A stretch of 64,000 bases of DNA from Methanocaldococcus indicus (GTDB lineage Archaea; AGJL01; Methanococci; Methanococcales; Methanocaldococcaceae), in the NCBI RefSeq assembly GCF_049554935.1, contig NZ_CP186926.1, forward strand, positions 128,001-192,000, read 5' to 3'. Numbering within the stretch: position 1 is the first letter of the stretch; each line of letters begins with the position of its first letter. The translations under genes were made by a program, and so were the position numbers. Below are positions 35,535 through 45,577 of the stretch, piece after piece. Under the pieces are notes generated by a model, which searched no databases, was not told the DNA's origin, and saw only the letters and a program-made list of their open reading frames with translations.

Positions 35535-36503
35535 ATGTTTTTAATTTATTTAAAAGGTGAGATTTTGAAAATAGCTATTATAGGAGCTTCTGGGAAAGTA
35601 GGGAGTGCAACTGCTGTTTTGTTAGCTAAGGAGCCATTTATGAAAGATTTGGTTTTAATTGGAAGAGAAAAATCATTAAATAAATTAGAAGGTTTAAAAA
35701 TGGATTTGTATGATGCAGTTGCAGGAGCAAGAAGTGATGCCAATATCTATGTCTCAACAGATGAGAATTTAAAATGTGTTGAAGATTGTGATATTGTTAT
35801 AATAACAAGTGGAGTGCCAAGAACTGAAGGTATGAGTAGAGTTGAATTAGCAAAAATTAATGCTAAGATTGTTAAAAACTATGTAAAAAAAATTTCTGAA
35901 ATAACAGATACAAAGATTTTTATGATAACTAATCCAGTAGATGTTATGACTTATAAGGCATATATTGAATCTAGCTATAATAGAGAGCAGGTTTTTGGTT
36001 TAGGAACTCACTTAGATTCTTTAAGATTTAAAGTAGCTATTGCCAAGTTCTTTAAAGTTCATATTGATGAAGTTAGAACAAGAATTATTGGAGAACATGG
36101 AGAAACAATGGTTCCTTTATTATCTGCTACATCAATTGGAGGAATTCCTATAGAGAAATTTAATAACTTCAAAAATTTACCTCTTGATGATATTATTGAA
36201 GATGTGAAACATAAAGGAGAAAAAATTATAAAATTAAAAGGTGGCTCTGAATTTGGTCCTGCCTCTGCAATAGTTAATGTAGTTAGATGCATAGCAAACA
36301 ATGAAAAGAGATTATTAACACTCTCTACATATTTAGATGGAGAATATGGACTGAAAGATTTATGTATAGGAGTTCCTGTAAAAGTAGGTAGAGAAGGAAT
36401 TGAAGAAATTGTTGAGATTGAGCTAAAAGAAGATGAAAGAAATGCTTTTTTAAAATCAGCTGAAAGGATAAAAAAATACTGTGAGGAGGTTAAATATATA
36501 TGA
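35535..36503 (+). CDS. mdh: LDH-like malate / L-2-hydroxycarboxylate dehydrogenase
   Basis: IIGASGKVG, TSGVPR..GMSR, TNPVD, GTHLDSLRF, IGEHG; start likely TTG near 35565 after GGTGA. Confidence 0.92.
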   Translation: MFLIYLKGEILKIAIIGASGKVGSATAVLLAKEPFMKDLVLIGREKSLNKLEGLKMDLYDAVAGARSDANIYVSTDENLKCVEDCDIVIITSGVPRTEGMSRVELAKINAKIVKNYVKKISEITDTKIFMITNPVDVMTYKAYIESSYNREQVFGLGTHLDSLRFKVAIAKFFKVHIDEVRTRIIGEHGETMVPLLSATSIGGIPIEKFNNFKNLPLDDIIEDVKHKGEKIIKLKGGSEFGPASAIVNVVRCIANNEKRLLTLSTYLDGEYGLKDLCIGVPVKVGREGIEEIVEIELKEDERNAFLKSAERIKKYCEEVKYI

Positions 36504-36925
36504 ATTGGAAAATTGAATTAGCAAGAATTTTAAAAAATCTAAATGCATTTAAAGGTTCAAGACCTCTTTTAGATACTCCTACTTTATTAATGGTTAAGAG
36601 TATATGTAGAGATGAGATTAATGAAGATATAAAAAGTTATTTAACAAAAAAATTAAAAGAACTAAATTATGAGATTGTTGATGATATTGATGAAATTGAA
36701 GAGTTTGTAGAAGGAATACATAATGTTTTAAGAGGGGAAGATACATATTTGGACTTTTTAGGATTTGAAAAAGTTAAAGAAGGATTTTTAAATATTGGAT
36801 GTGAATGTGACTATGTTATTGGAAAAAAAGGTAATCTTATGGTAGGACTTACTCTATATTATGACAAAATTAGAAAAAATCCTAAGTTTATAGAGGCTGT
36901 TGCTCTTTTAAAAGAAATAGAATAA
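36500..36925 (+). CDS. DUF2120-like methanogen protein
   Basis: 'AFKGSRPL', 'GFEKVKEGF..IGCECDY' pattern; coupled to mdh by ATGA overlap. Confidence 0.65.
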   Translation: MNWKIELARILKNLNAFKGSRPLLDTPTLLMVKSICRDEINEDIKSYLTKKLKELNYEIVDDIDEIEEFVEGIHNVLRGEDTYLDFLGFEKVKEGFLNIGCECDYVIGKKGNLMVGLTLYYDKIRKNPKFIEAVALLKEIE

Positions 36926-39316
36926 TTATTTTGGAAGAATCATTTTTCTAATTTTTTCAACATTTTTTATATATTTTTTATTAAAGATTTTTGAGATTCT
37001 TTCAATTGCATTAAGTAATAAAAGAAGTTGCTCTAAATAGATATACAAATCTCCACTATAAACCATAATTTTATAATCTTCATACATTATCTTAGCTATT
37101 TGTCCTGGATTTTTTCCTGTTGCTCTCAAATTTAATATTATTTGTAAGATTTTTAAATGTTCATCTACTCCTTCAAATTCCATTATAATCTCTGTCAATA
37201 AATCTTTAATTTGCTTTTCTGATATTTTTCCAAAGTTTTCTTTTATTATCTCCAAAGCATCAAAGAATCTTATTGGTAAATTAATATTTAACATTTGGTT
37301 TAATTTATTCCTCAAAGTTGGAGATAAATAAACATTTTCAAAAGGCATAATCTCAATAATTAACTTTAAGATATCTTCATTTTTTAAAATACTCTCTTTA
37401 ATTTTTTCAGCTACTTTTGGATATAAAAAGGATAATGCAACAGCCCTACCATAGTTAGTTATATCTCTATTTTTAACCATACCATACTTTTGTAGGTTTT
37501 CTAATATCTTAGTTGTTGAGAATGATTTACCTATATATGGGACTCTTTCAATATCTTTTATATTTGCTGATAGAGTAGCTAAGATTTGCTCTTCTTCTTC
37601 ATCTTCTGTCCATTCCACTTTTATATCTTCTGGCTTAGATGTTAATAGTTTAAAAGCTACTTCATCCTCACTCTCAACCATCTTAGCATGATACTTTTTC
37701 CCTATCTCTACTAAAAGATAAACTTTCCCTAACTCATGCATCCCCTTCCTTCCAGCTCTTCCACACATCTGTTGGAATTCAGATGGTGTGAGCCACTCTC
37801 CCCCCATAGCCAAACTTTCCAATATAACAGTTGAAGCTGGAAAATCAACACCAGCAGCTAATGCAGCAGTTGTAACCACACATTGAATTCTTTGCTTAGC
37901 AAAATCTTCCTCCACCTTCCTTCTTCTAAAATAATCTAAACCTGCATGATAGTAATCTGCTTTAATTCCTTTTGATTTTAAAGCTCTTGCAATCTGTTCT
38001 GCTCTTCTCCTTGAATATGTAAAGATTAAGCACTGTCCCCTATAACTATACTTAGAGATTGTATTCCACTCTTTTTTAACAATCTCCTTAATTATATTTA
38101 TTTTATTGAATTCATTTTTACAAAAAATAAGATGCCTCTCCAATGGAACAGGTCTTCCATTATATAAAACTAAATTAGCCCCCAATTTTTTTGATAGTTC
38201 TTTTGGATTTCCAATAGTTGCAGATAAATAAATCTTTTGAGCATCTTTAAACTTCTCTCTTACTCTACCAATTAATCCATCTAATCTCGCTCCTCTCTCC
38301 TCTAAATTTAAAGAATGGACTTCATCAATTACAACAGTTCCAACATCTTTAAGTTTATTTGCCCTTATTAAATAATCTATTCCTTCATAAGTTCCAACGA
38401 TTATATCCGCATCTAATGAAGTATTAATATCCAACTTTTTTCCTATTCTTCCCATTCCTACTCTTAAAGCTACTTTAAATCCTAATTTTTCATATCTTTC
38501 TTTAAATTCTAAATACTTCTGATTTGCTAATGCAACTAAAGGAACTAAAAATAAAAATTTCTTTTTCTTTTCAATTAAATTCTTGATTCCTGCTAACTCT
38601 CCAATTAATGTTTTTCCTGATGATGTTGCTGAAACAATTAGCAAATCTTTTCCTTTTAATAATCCAGCCTTAACTGAAAGAGATTGAACTGGCAAAAGTT
38701 CATTTATATTTCTACTTTTAATAGATTTTTTAAGTTCTTCAGGAATATCTAAATCATCTATTTTTAACAATTCAATATCTTCCTTATCTCCTTCTAAAAC
38801 ATCAAATTTTGTTAGTTCTGGCTTAGATACTGGATTTTTTAAATTCAAAAGAGAAAGAACTTTATCAACATCTTTAAATTTTCTTAAAAATTTCTCTATT
38901 AGCTCATCTGGTAAATTAACTTCATACTTAACTTCCTCAATAGCACAATTTAAACAAATATAATAATTCATATATTTACATCTTGTTTTATTTGGTAATT
39001 TTTTATAAACCTCTTTTAATAGACAGAAAGGACATAACTTTATAAACTCATACTTAATATTTAAGCTCTTAAAAACATCTTCAAGCTCTTTATCAGCTAA
39101 ATAAACTTTTTTTTCTTTTTTTAAAAGTTCTAAAACTTTTGATGGTTGAATTAATTTATCTCCTAATCTACACTTAAATAATCTGTATCTATCTCCAACT
39201 TTCTTATATAAACAAAAAATTTTTTTATTCTTCTCTACCTTTTCACCTTCATCAATATTCTTAACTTTAACAATCTCAATTTCATCCTTTTTTTTCTTTT
39301 TCTTTATAATAATCAT
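36926..39316 (-). CDS. Archaea-specific Ski2-like SF2 helicase (ASH-Ski2 type)
   Basis: N-terminal CPFC...CLNC, ATSSGKT, DEVH, SAT, YHAG, AGVDFPA, QMCGRAGR. Confidence 0.88.
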   Translation of the reverse strand: MIIIKKKKKKDEIEIVKVKNIDEGEKVEKNKKIFCLYKKVGDRYRLFKCRLGDKLIQPSKVLELLKKEKKVYLADKELEDVFKSLNIKYEFIKLCPFCLLKEVYKKLPNKTRCKYMNYYICLNCAIEEVKYEVNLPDELIEKFLRKFKDVDKVLSLLNLKNPVSKPELTKFDVLEGDKEDIELLKIDDLDIPEELKKSIKSRNINELLPVQSLSVKAGLLKGKDLLIVSATSSGKTLIGELAGIKNLIEKKKKFLFLVPLVALANQKYLEFKERYEKLGFKVALRVGMGRIGKKLDINTSLDADIIVGTYEGIDYLIRANKLKDVGTVVIDEVHSLNLEERGARLDGLIGRVREKFKDAQKIYLSATIGNPKELSKKLGANLVLYNGRPVPLERHLIFCKNEFNKINIIKEIVKKEWNTISKYSYRGQCLIFTYSRRRAEQIARALKSKGIKADYYHAGLDYFRRRKVEEDFAKQRIQCVVTTAALAAGVDFPASTVILESLAMGGEWLTPSEFQQMCGRAGRKGMHELGKVYLLVEIGKKYHAKMVESEDEVAFKLLTSKPEDIKVEWTEDEEEEQILATLSANIKDIERVPYIGKSFSTTKILENLQKYGMVKNRDITNYGRAVALSFLYPKVAEKIKESILKNEDILKLIIEIMPFENVYLSPTLRNKLNQMLNINLPIRFFDALEIIKENFGKISEKQIKDLLTEIIMEFEGVDEHLKILQIILNLRATGKNPGQIAKIMYEDYKIMVYSGDLYIYLEQLLLLLNAIERISKIFNKKYIKNVEKIRKMILPK

Positions 39317-39319
39317 ACT

Positions 39320-40555
39320 CTAAACCTCTCTTAACATATCATAAAAGACATCAACCATCTTTATAATGTCTTCAATTAAAATATACTCATTTGGCTGATG
39401 TGCTGTTCCTCTACCAATTCCCCAAACAGCTACATCATAACCTCTTTCCCTTAAAAATGCTGCTACTGTTCCTCCTCCCATCCCACAAAGTTTAGGATTT
39501 ACATTTAAAACTTTTTTAATGCTTTTAGATAGTTCTTTAACAACATCAGAATCTTTATCAGTATAGTTAGGATTTTCTTTTTTTAATATTTCATACTCTA
39601 TTTTTGGGGAGATAGATTTATCAAAATATTTTATATACTCACTAAAATCAAAGTTTTTTATAAATTCTTCAATTTCTTTAACTATATCATCTAATTTGTA
39701 GTATGGAAGAATTCTACAATCAAAAACAACCTCTACATATCCAGGAATTGTATTAGGATTCTCAATATTGTTTTTTAAAATTGTTGGTTCAAATGTTGAA
39801 TATTTTGGTAAAAAAATCGTATCTTCTTTATTAAATTTTTTGTATAAGTAATTATATAAATTATTTGCAAAGTTGAAAGCTATTATGTTGGCATTTAATC
39901 CCTCCTCAGGAGTTGAACCATGACATTGCTTACCTTTTATTTTAAACTTTATCCATAAAATTCCTTTTTCACCAATTTCTATTAAATCTCCTTTATCAGA
40001 AGAGAAATCAGGAACAATTATTAAATCATCTTTCTTAAATATTTTATCTTCAAAGTTCAATAAGTATTTTAATCCATACTCACTTCCATCTTCCTCATCA
40101 GAGACAAAAATTAATGATAAATTGTATTTAGGAGTTATTTTTTCTTCAAATATCTTCTTAATTAATAAGAGAGATGATACTATTGCTTTATGATTATCTT
40201 CTACTCCCCTACCATATATTTTATTTCCTTTAACAACAGCTTCATAAGGATTTGTGTCCCATAATCTTAAATCTCCTTCTGGGACAGTATCTAAATGAGA
40301 TATTATATGTAAAGTTTTTTCTTTCCCAAAATCAATTTTAAATACTATGTTTGGTCTTTCTAAATTGTATTTATCAACAACATTATACTCACTTAATGAA
40401 TAGTTTTTTATATTATATTTTTTTATATAATTGTTAATAACTCTCTTGACATATTCAGCTTTTTCCTTTTCTCCTTTTCCACCAAAAGATGGATTAACAG
40501 AGTTAATTTTAACTAAATCTTTTTGTAGAGAAATAACTTCTTCCCTAATTGACAT
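39320..40555 (-). CDS. M20 family metallohydrolase (DapE/ArgE-like)
   Basis: SHLDTVP, YGRGVEDN, SDEE, HGSTP, AHQPNE. Confidence 0.9.
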   Translation of the reverse strand: MSIREEVISLQKDLVKINSVNPSFGGKGEKEKAEYVKRVINNYIKKYNIKNYSLSEYNVVDKYNLERPNIVFKIDFGKEKTLHIISHLDTVPEGDLRLWDTNPYEAVVKGNKIYGRGVEDNHKAIVSSLLLIKKIFEEKITPKYNLSLIFVSDEEDGSEYGLKYLLNFEDKIFKKDDLIIVPDFSSDKGDLIEIGEKGILWIKFKIKGKQCHGSTPEEGLNANIIAFNFANNLYNYLYKKFNKEDTIFLPKYSTFEPTILKNNIENPNTIPGYVEVVFDCRILPYYKLDDIVKEIEEFIKNFDFSEYIKYFDKSISPKIEYEILKKENPNYTDKDSDVVKELSKSIKKVLNVNPKLCGMGGGTVAAFLRERGYDVAVWGIGRGTAHQPNEYILIEDIIKMVDVFYDMLREV

Positions 40556-40584
40556 GATTTCCCTCCTCTAAATTATATAAAATT

Positions 40585-41097
40585 GTGTTGTTTATGAAAC
40601 TATATATATATCATGCCAACCAATGTAATCCAAAAAAATGTACTGCTTTAAAGATGGCTAAATTTAATAAAGCTATTATACTTAAAAATCCTTACAAGAT
40701 AAATAAAAAATCTTTAGTATTAACACCTTTTGCAGAAAAAGCAGTTTCCCCAGAAGATAGAGAGATTGTAGAAAAGTTTGGAATAACTGGATTAGATTGC
40801 TCTTGGAATGATATTGAAAAACTTAAAAAATTCAAATTTATTAATGAAAGAGCTTTACCATTCCTTATAGCTTGTAATCCTACAAACTATGGAAAGCCAT
40901 TTAAACTCTCAACACTTGAGGCATTTATTGCTACTCTTTATATAACCAATTTTAAAGAAAAAGCTTATGAATTAGCAAGATTATATAAATGGGGAGAAAC
41001 TTTTATAAATGTGAATTATGAATTATTAGAGAGATACAGTAAAGCTAAGAATTCAAAAGAAATTATTGAGATTCAAAAAGAATATATAGAGAGGTGA
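40585..41097 (+). CDS. tsr3: 16S rRNA aminocarboxypropyltransferase
   Basis: [25 protein letters not shown]....LSTLEA, KWG.TF. Confidence 0.9.
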   Translation: MLFMKLYIYHANQCNPKKCTALKMAKFNKAIILKNPYKINKKSLVLTPFAEKAVSPEDREIVEKFGITGLDCSWNDIEKLKKFKFINERALPFLIACNPTNYGKPFKLSTLEAFIATLYITNFKEKAYELARLYKWGETFINVNYELLERYSKAKNSKEIIEIQKEYIER

Positions 41098-41102
41098 AAC
41101 AG

Positions 41103-41246
41103 ATGCCATTTGAAGAAGCTGTAAAGAGAGTTTTGCTAAAAAAGATATGTTTAAGATGTAATGCAAGAAATCCATGGAAAGCAGAAAAATGTAGAAAATG
41201 TGGATATACAAAGTTAAGACCAAAAGCTAAAGAACCAAGAGGATAA
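41103..41246 (+). CDS. rpl40e: 50S ribosomal protein L40e
   Basis: Not in ORF track. [57 protein letters not shown]. Confidence 0.95.
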   Translation: MPFEEAVKRVLLKKICLRCNARNPWKAEKCRKCGYTKLRPKAKEPRG

Positions 41247-41262
41247 ATTAAAAAATAAATTT

Positions 41263-42327
41263 TTATTTGTTTATATTTAACTTAAGATTTGCAATATTTA
41301 CTATAACTTCTTTAAGCTTTTTATCTTCAATCTTTTCAGGAATAACATCAAAATCAATAATGTTCTCATAATCTTTTTCTTTTATTTTTGTATTTGTAAT
41401 TAAGCTTTCCATTTCTTCAAATTCTTTCAACATTCTCTTTAATCTTCTAAGTTCAATTTCTAATTTTATTAGTTTATCTTCATCTACCTTTTCATCTGCA
41501 AGCATTTGTAAATAATTGATAATTAACATATGTTCTCTAAATGTTAGTTTAGTTACTTTTCTTGTTGATTCAACATCTATTCCCTTAGCTATTTTCAATA
41601 ATTTTAATATAGCTTTTTCAGAGAGATATCCTAAAAAGTGATATTGATACAATACATCCTCTAAGTTTTCTTTACCTATAAGTGAAATTAAAACTTCTAA
41701 AAATTTCATAACCAAAAGAAACTTCTCTGGTGTTAGAGGGATATCTTCAATTTTATACCTTTTGTCTTTATTTTCAGTTTCAGTTATAGTAATATTCCCA
41801 TTTTTATTTATATTAACTTCTTCAAGATTTTCAATAACTCCTTCTCTAATTCCTGCTGGTGGTCTATTTGGTTTATTAAATTTTATTCTTTTTCTTTGTT
41901 TATTATCAATTATGTAAATTGGTCTATAATAGACAGTCTTTATTTTTTCAATTTTTGCCATTCTATGTTGAACAGTATCAGATGTTAATAATACAGAGTT
42001 TGTTTTTTTGGCTATTTCTCTAATCATTGCATCAAGTTCTCCACTCTCAGCCAAAGAAATTTTTTCTAAACTTGGCCTCTCTCCAACAAATACAACCTTA
42101 ATGTTGAGAATTTTTTCTGCTTTTCTTAATAATTCTAAAACATCTAACCCTATAAAACCTTCCATTCTTTTTTTATTAGCCATATTTTCAATTTCAGCCA
42201 ATACAACATTTGGTATATAAACTGTACAATTTCTTATCTTCCCAGTTTTAATTAATTCTTCTAAAACTCCATTAATTATTACTGAAGTATCTACACATAC
42301 ATCAATTCCATCAAACCCATCAAACAT
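41263..42327 (-). CDS. PIN domain (PINA-type) fused to an ArlD/E (FlaD/E) domain
   Basis: N-terminal VDTSVII, VLAEIE, GERP, SGELDAMIRE, LLTSD; C-terminal KIEDIP...MKFLEVL...GKENLEDVL..Y..LGYLSEKAILKLLKIAKGI...KLT..EH...LEIELRRLK; start at Met31 of the ORF after GGGGA. Confidence 0.78.
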   Translation of the reverse strand: MFDGFDGIDVCVDTSVIINGVLEELIKTGKIRNCTVYIPNVVLAEIENMANKKRMEGFIGLDVLELLRKAEKILNIKVVFVGERPSLEKISLAESGELDAMIREIAKKTNSVLLTSDTVQHRMAKIEKIKTVYYRPIYIIDNKQRKRIKFNKPNRPPAGIREGVIENLEEVNINKNGNITITETENKDKRYKIEDIPLTPEKFLLVMKFLEVLISLIGKENLEDVLYQYHFLGYLSEKAILKLLKIAKGIDVESTRKVTKLTFREHMLIINYLQMLADEKVDEDKLIKLEIELRRLKRMLKEFEEMESLITNTKIKEKDYENIIDFDVIPEKIEDKKLKEVIVNIANLKLNINK

Positions 42328-42411
42328 ACAAATCCCCCAAACACTTTTAATAAGATAATTATAAAAATAATTTTTAAAATTGTAGTATATAAATGTTGAT
42401 GGTCGTGAATT

Positions 42412-43702
42412 ATGCACTTTATAAAGCTAAAAAGAAGAGAAGAAAATATTAAAAATCTAAAAGAAAAGAGTAAAAAATTTAGGTTAAAATTTAGGGATAA
42501 AGAACTTAAAAATTATTTAAAAGAATATCCTTTAAATCTAAATAGATATTTAACCAACTACTACACAGGAGGAATTATAAAAAAATATCCTGAGGATTTT
42601 ATTGTTGAGGAGGTAACTCCTGAAAAGATAATTTTAGAGGTTGGAAAGAATATAGAGTTTAAAGATGTTGAGAATTGGAAAGGTAACTTTATTCACTTCA
42701 CATTAGAAAAAAAGAACTGGACTACCTTAGATGCTATTAGAGAAATAGCCAAAAAAGTTGGTGTAAAAAGGAAGCATTTTGGATTTGCTGGGAATAAGGA
42801 TAAAGTAGCTATAACCACACAAAGAGTTGGTTGTTTTAATGTTCCTCTTGATAAATTAAAAAATGTTAGAATAAAGAATATTGTATTAAGAGATTTCCAA
42901 AAAGTTAATAAAAAAATAAAACTTGGAGATTTGTGGGGAAACAGATTCACTATAAGAGTTAGAGAACCAAAAATTTTGGGAGAAGAACTAAAAAATATCT
43001 TAGAAGATGCTAAAAATAACTATACTCACTACATAAATTACTATGGAATACAGAGGTTTGGTGAAAAAAGGCCTATAACTCATATAGTAGGTAGATTAAT
43101 CTTAGAGAGAAATTGGGAATTAGCTTTCTATCTATATTGTGGAACTCCTCTAAGCTATGATGATGAAAAAAACAAAATTAGCAAGAAAATTAGTAGATGA
43201 GGAGGAATTTAAAGAAGCATTAAAAATTTATCCAAGGGTTTTTTTATATGAAAGAAGGATGATACAGGCCTATTTAGAGAGTGGAGATTATAAAAAAGCT
43301 TTTAAAATTTTACCACCTTATTTAAGATGTATGTTTGTAAATGCATATCAATCATATCTTTTCAATGAAATTATTAATAAGAGATATGAATATGGATTTA
43401 ACAAGTTAGAGGGAGATATAGTATATAAATATCCTACTGGTGCTGTTTTTGGTTATAAAGTTAAGTTTGCCTCAGGAATTCAGGGAGAGATAGAGAAAGA
43501 AATATGGGAAAGTGAAAATTTAGAAAGAGAAAAATTTAAAATTGAAGATTTTGGAAGTTTTCAGGGAGATAGAAGGGAGATGATACAAAAAATTTATAAT
43601 TTTGATTATATATTATACAATAATAGTTATGTAGTAAAATTCTGTCTAAGAAAGGGATGCTATGCTACAACTGTACTAAGAGAATTTTTAAATGAGAGGT
43701 GA
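42412..43702 (+). pseudogene. truD: tRNA pseudouridine(13) synthase, split by one extra A in an A7 run (real mutation or sequencing error)
   Basis: ORF1 has PEDFIVEE, FAGNKDKVAITTQ, NYYGIQRFG; ORF2 (+1 frame) has FVNAYQSYLFN, GDRR, GCYAT.VLRE; junction at GAAAAAAAC 43165-43173. Confidence 0.85.
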
Positions 43703-44564
43703 ATTTAACATGTGGGTTCAACTAAAAACCTATATCTTATTAGGATTTTTGATAGGATTATTATATGCTATATTCCTTATCTTACATATACATCCACTAT
43801 TTGCTATAATCTTAGCAGCTATTCCAAATATTATAGCTTATTATTACTCAGATAAATTTGTTCTTATGTCTTATAATGCCAAAATTTTAGAGAGACATGA
43901 ATTACCTTGGTTACATGCTATGGTAGAAAGAGTAGCAAGAAAAGCTGGAATTCCAAAACCAAAAGTTGCATTAGTTCCTATACAAACACCTAATGCATTT
44001 GCAACAGGGAGAAATCCTGAGAATGCTGTTGTAGCAGTTACAGAGGGAATTTTAGAATTGCTATCTCCAGAGGAGTTAGAGGGAGTTATTGGTCATGAGA
44101 TTGGACATATTGTCCATAGAGATATATTGATTGCCACAATAGTTGCAACAATAGCAGGAGCTATAACTTATATAGCAGATTGGTTTATTTGGTTTGGAGG
44201 CTTCTTCTTTTCACATGAAGATGAAAATAATCCATTTGAAATGTTAGCAGGAATCTTGTTGATAATTTTAGCACCAATAGCAGCAATGTTAATACAGTTT
44301 GCAATATCAAGACAGAGAGAATTTTATGCAGATGAAGAAGGGGCTAAACTTACACATCCTATATGGTTAGCTAATGCCTTAGCAAAGTTAGAGAAAGGTG
44401 TCCAATACTATCCATTAGAACATGGAAATCCTGCAACTGCTCATCTGTTTATAGTAAATCCATTTAGAAGTGATTTTATAGCTAAACTCTTCTCTACACA
44501 TCCTCCAACAGAGGAAAGAATTAAAAGGTTAATGGAATTAGCCAAAAAAATGAAAAGATATTAA
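43692..44564 (+). CDS. htpX: Membrane zinc metalloprotease HtpX
   Basis: PNAFATGR, GHEIGH (HExxH), SRQREF.AD, FSTHPP..ERI. Confidence 0.95.
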   Translation: MRGEFNMWVQLKTYILLGFLIGLLYAIFLILHIHPLFAIILAAIPNIIAYYYSDKFVLMSYNAKILERHELPWLHAMVERVARKAGIPKPKVALVPIQTPNAFATGRNPENAVVAVTEGILELLSPEELEGVIGHEIGHIVHRDILIATIVATIAGAITYIADWFIWFGGFFFSHEDENNPFEMLAGILLIILAPIAAMLIQFAISRQREFYADEEGAKLTHPIWLANALAKLEKGVQYYPLEHGNPATAHLFIVNPFRSDFIAKLFSTHPPTEERIKRLMELAKKMKRY

Positions 44565-44565
44565 A

Positions 44566-44751
44566 TTACTTTACCTTTTTAAAGAAAATGTCAATATTTG
44601 CTGTTTCATGTGTTTTATGCTGTAAAGATATGTTTAATAATCTTTTGTATATTTTACATTCTTTGTGGTAGCAGTATATTTTAAAACTTAAATATGATGT
44701 TAATACTAAAGATACTATTGTGCATATTACCAATAACATTAGCCACATCAT
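44566..44751 (-). CDS. Small putative single-pass membrane protein (61 aa)
   Basis: Hydrophobic N-terminus and basic tail; RBS AGGTGA upstream. Confidence 0.55.
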   Translation of the reverse strand: MMWLMLLVICTIVSLVLTSYLSFKIYCYHKECKIYKRLLNISLQHKTHETANIDIFFKKVK

Positions 44752-44851
44752 ACATAATCACCTACATAATTAAATTAACTATTAAGTAAATTATATAAAG
44801 TTATCTTTTAATTTACAAATGTAAAGTAGTTTTGTATTGGGTGTCTTTTGT

Positions 44852-45577
44852 ATGTATTCTATAAAGATGAGAGCATCTAAACAAAATAAGCATATTTCAG
44901 GAGCTGAAAGGATAGTTAATAAAGATGAAATTAAAAAAGCTGTTTTAGAAGTTTTGGAGAGAGCTTTAAATCATGAGAATGGAGAACCTGATTTTATAAA
45001 TATTAAAGTGGAAAAATTAGATAGAGTTAATTTTATTCCTACTTTACCAATATACACAATAGAATGTAAAAATAAAGAAGAGGCAAGAAAGAAAGCAAAA
45101 GAATTACTCCTAAATGAGGGAATTCCAGAGGAAGTTATTGAAAAAGCTTTTAAAATTATAGATAAAGGAGGAATGAGGGGAGCAGCTATCTTAAATTTAA
45201 AGGGAGAAAGATTAGATAAAAATAAAGAGAGAGGTGTTAGAGTTAAAAATATAGACACATCTAAAAAATTAAAGGAAAAAATATTAGATGGTTTAGGAAC
45301 AGAGAGAACTGTTGATGCAATAGCAATAGCTACAAAAGTTATACATTTAGGAGTTATAGCAGAGTTATGCACATCAGATAATAAGAGTTACACAACTGGA
45401 TATGTAGCAACTAAAAAAGGATATTTTAGAATAACTAACTTAAAAAATGTCAATGAAACTGGAGGAAGGGTATTTTTTGTAGATGATAATATTGATATTG
45501 ATGAACTTATATATAAGTTGGAGAATGAGCCATATATTGTGACTGAACATGATAGAGAGAATAAAAAAAGAGCTTGA
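44852..45577 (+). CDS. bioW: 6-carboxyhexanoate--CoA ligase
   Basis: [32 protein letters not shown]...YTTGYVA, GGRVFF; start set to ATG 44852. Confidence 0.92.
   Translation: MYSIKMRASKQNKHISGAERIVNKDEIKKAVLEVLERALNHENGEPDFINIKVEKLDRVNFIPTLPIYTIECKNKEEARKKAKELLLNEGIPEEVIEKAFKIIDKGGMRGAAILNLKGERLDKNKERGVRVKNIDTSKKLKEKILDGLGTERTVDAIAIATKVIHLGVIAELCTSDNKSYTTGYVATKKGYFRITNLKNVNETGGRVFFVDDNIDIDELIYKLENEPYIVTEHDRENKKRA

Noticed and set aside
42328-42417. N-terminal extension of the PIN-ArlD/E ORF overlapping the truD start
   Set aside because: AT-rich promoter-like sequence; an RBS precedes Met31 at 42327, which begins the PIN domain.
43165-43173. Programmed -1 frameshift at A-AAA-AAC in truD
   Set aside because: The downstream ORF is in the +1 frame, so a -1 shift would not restore TruD.
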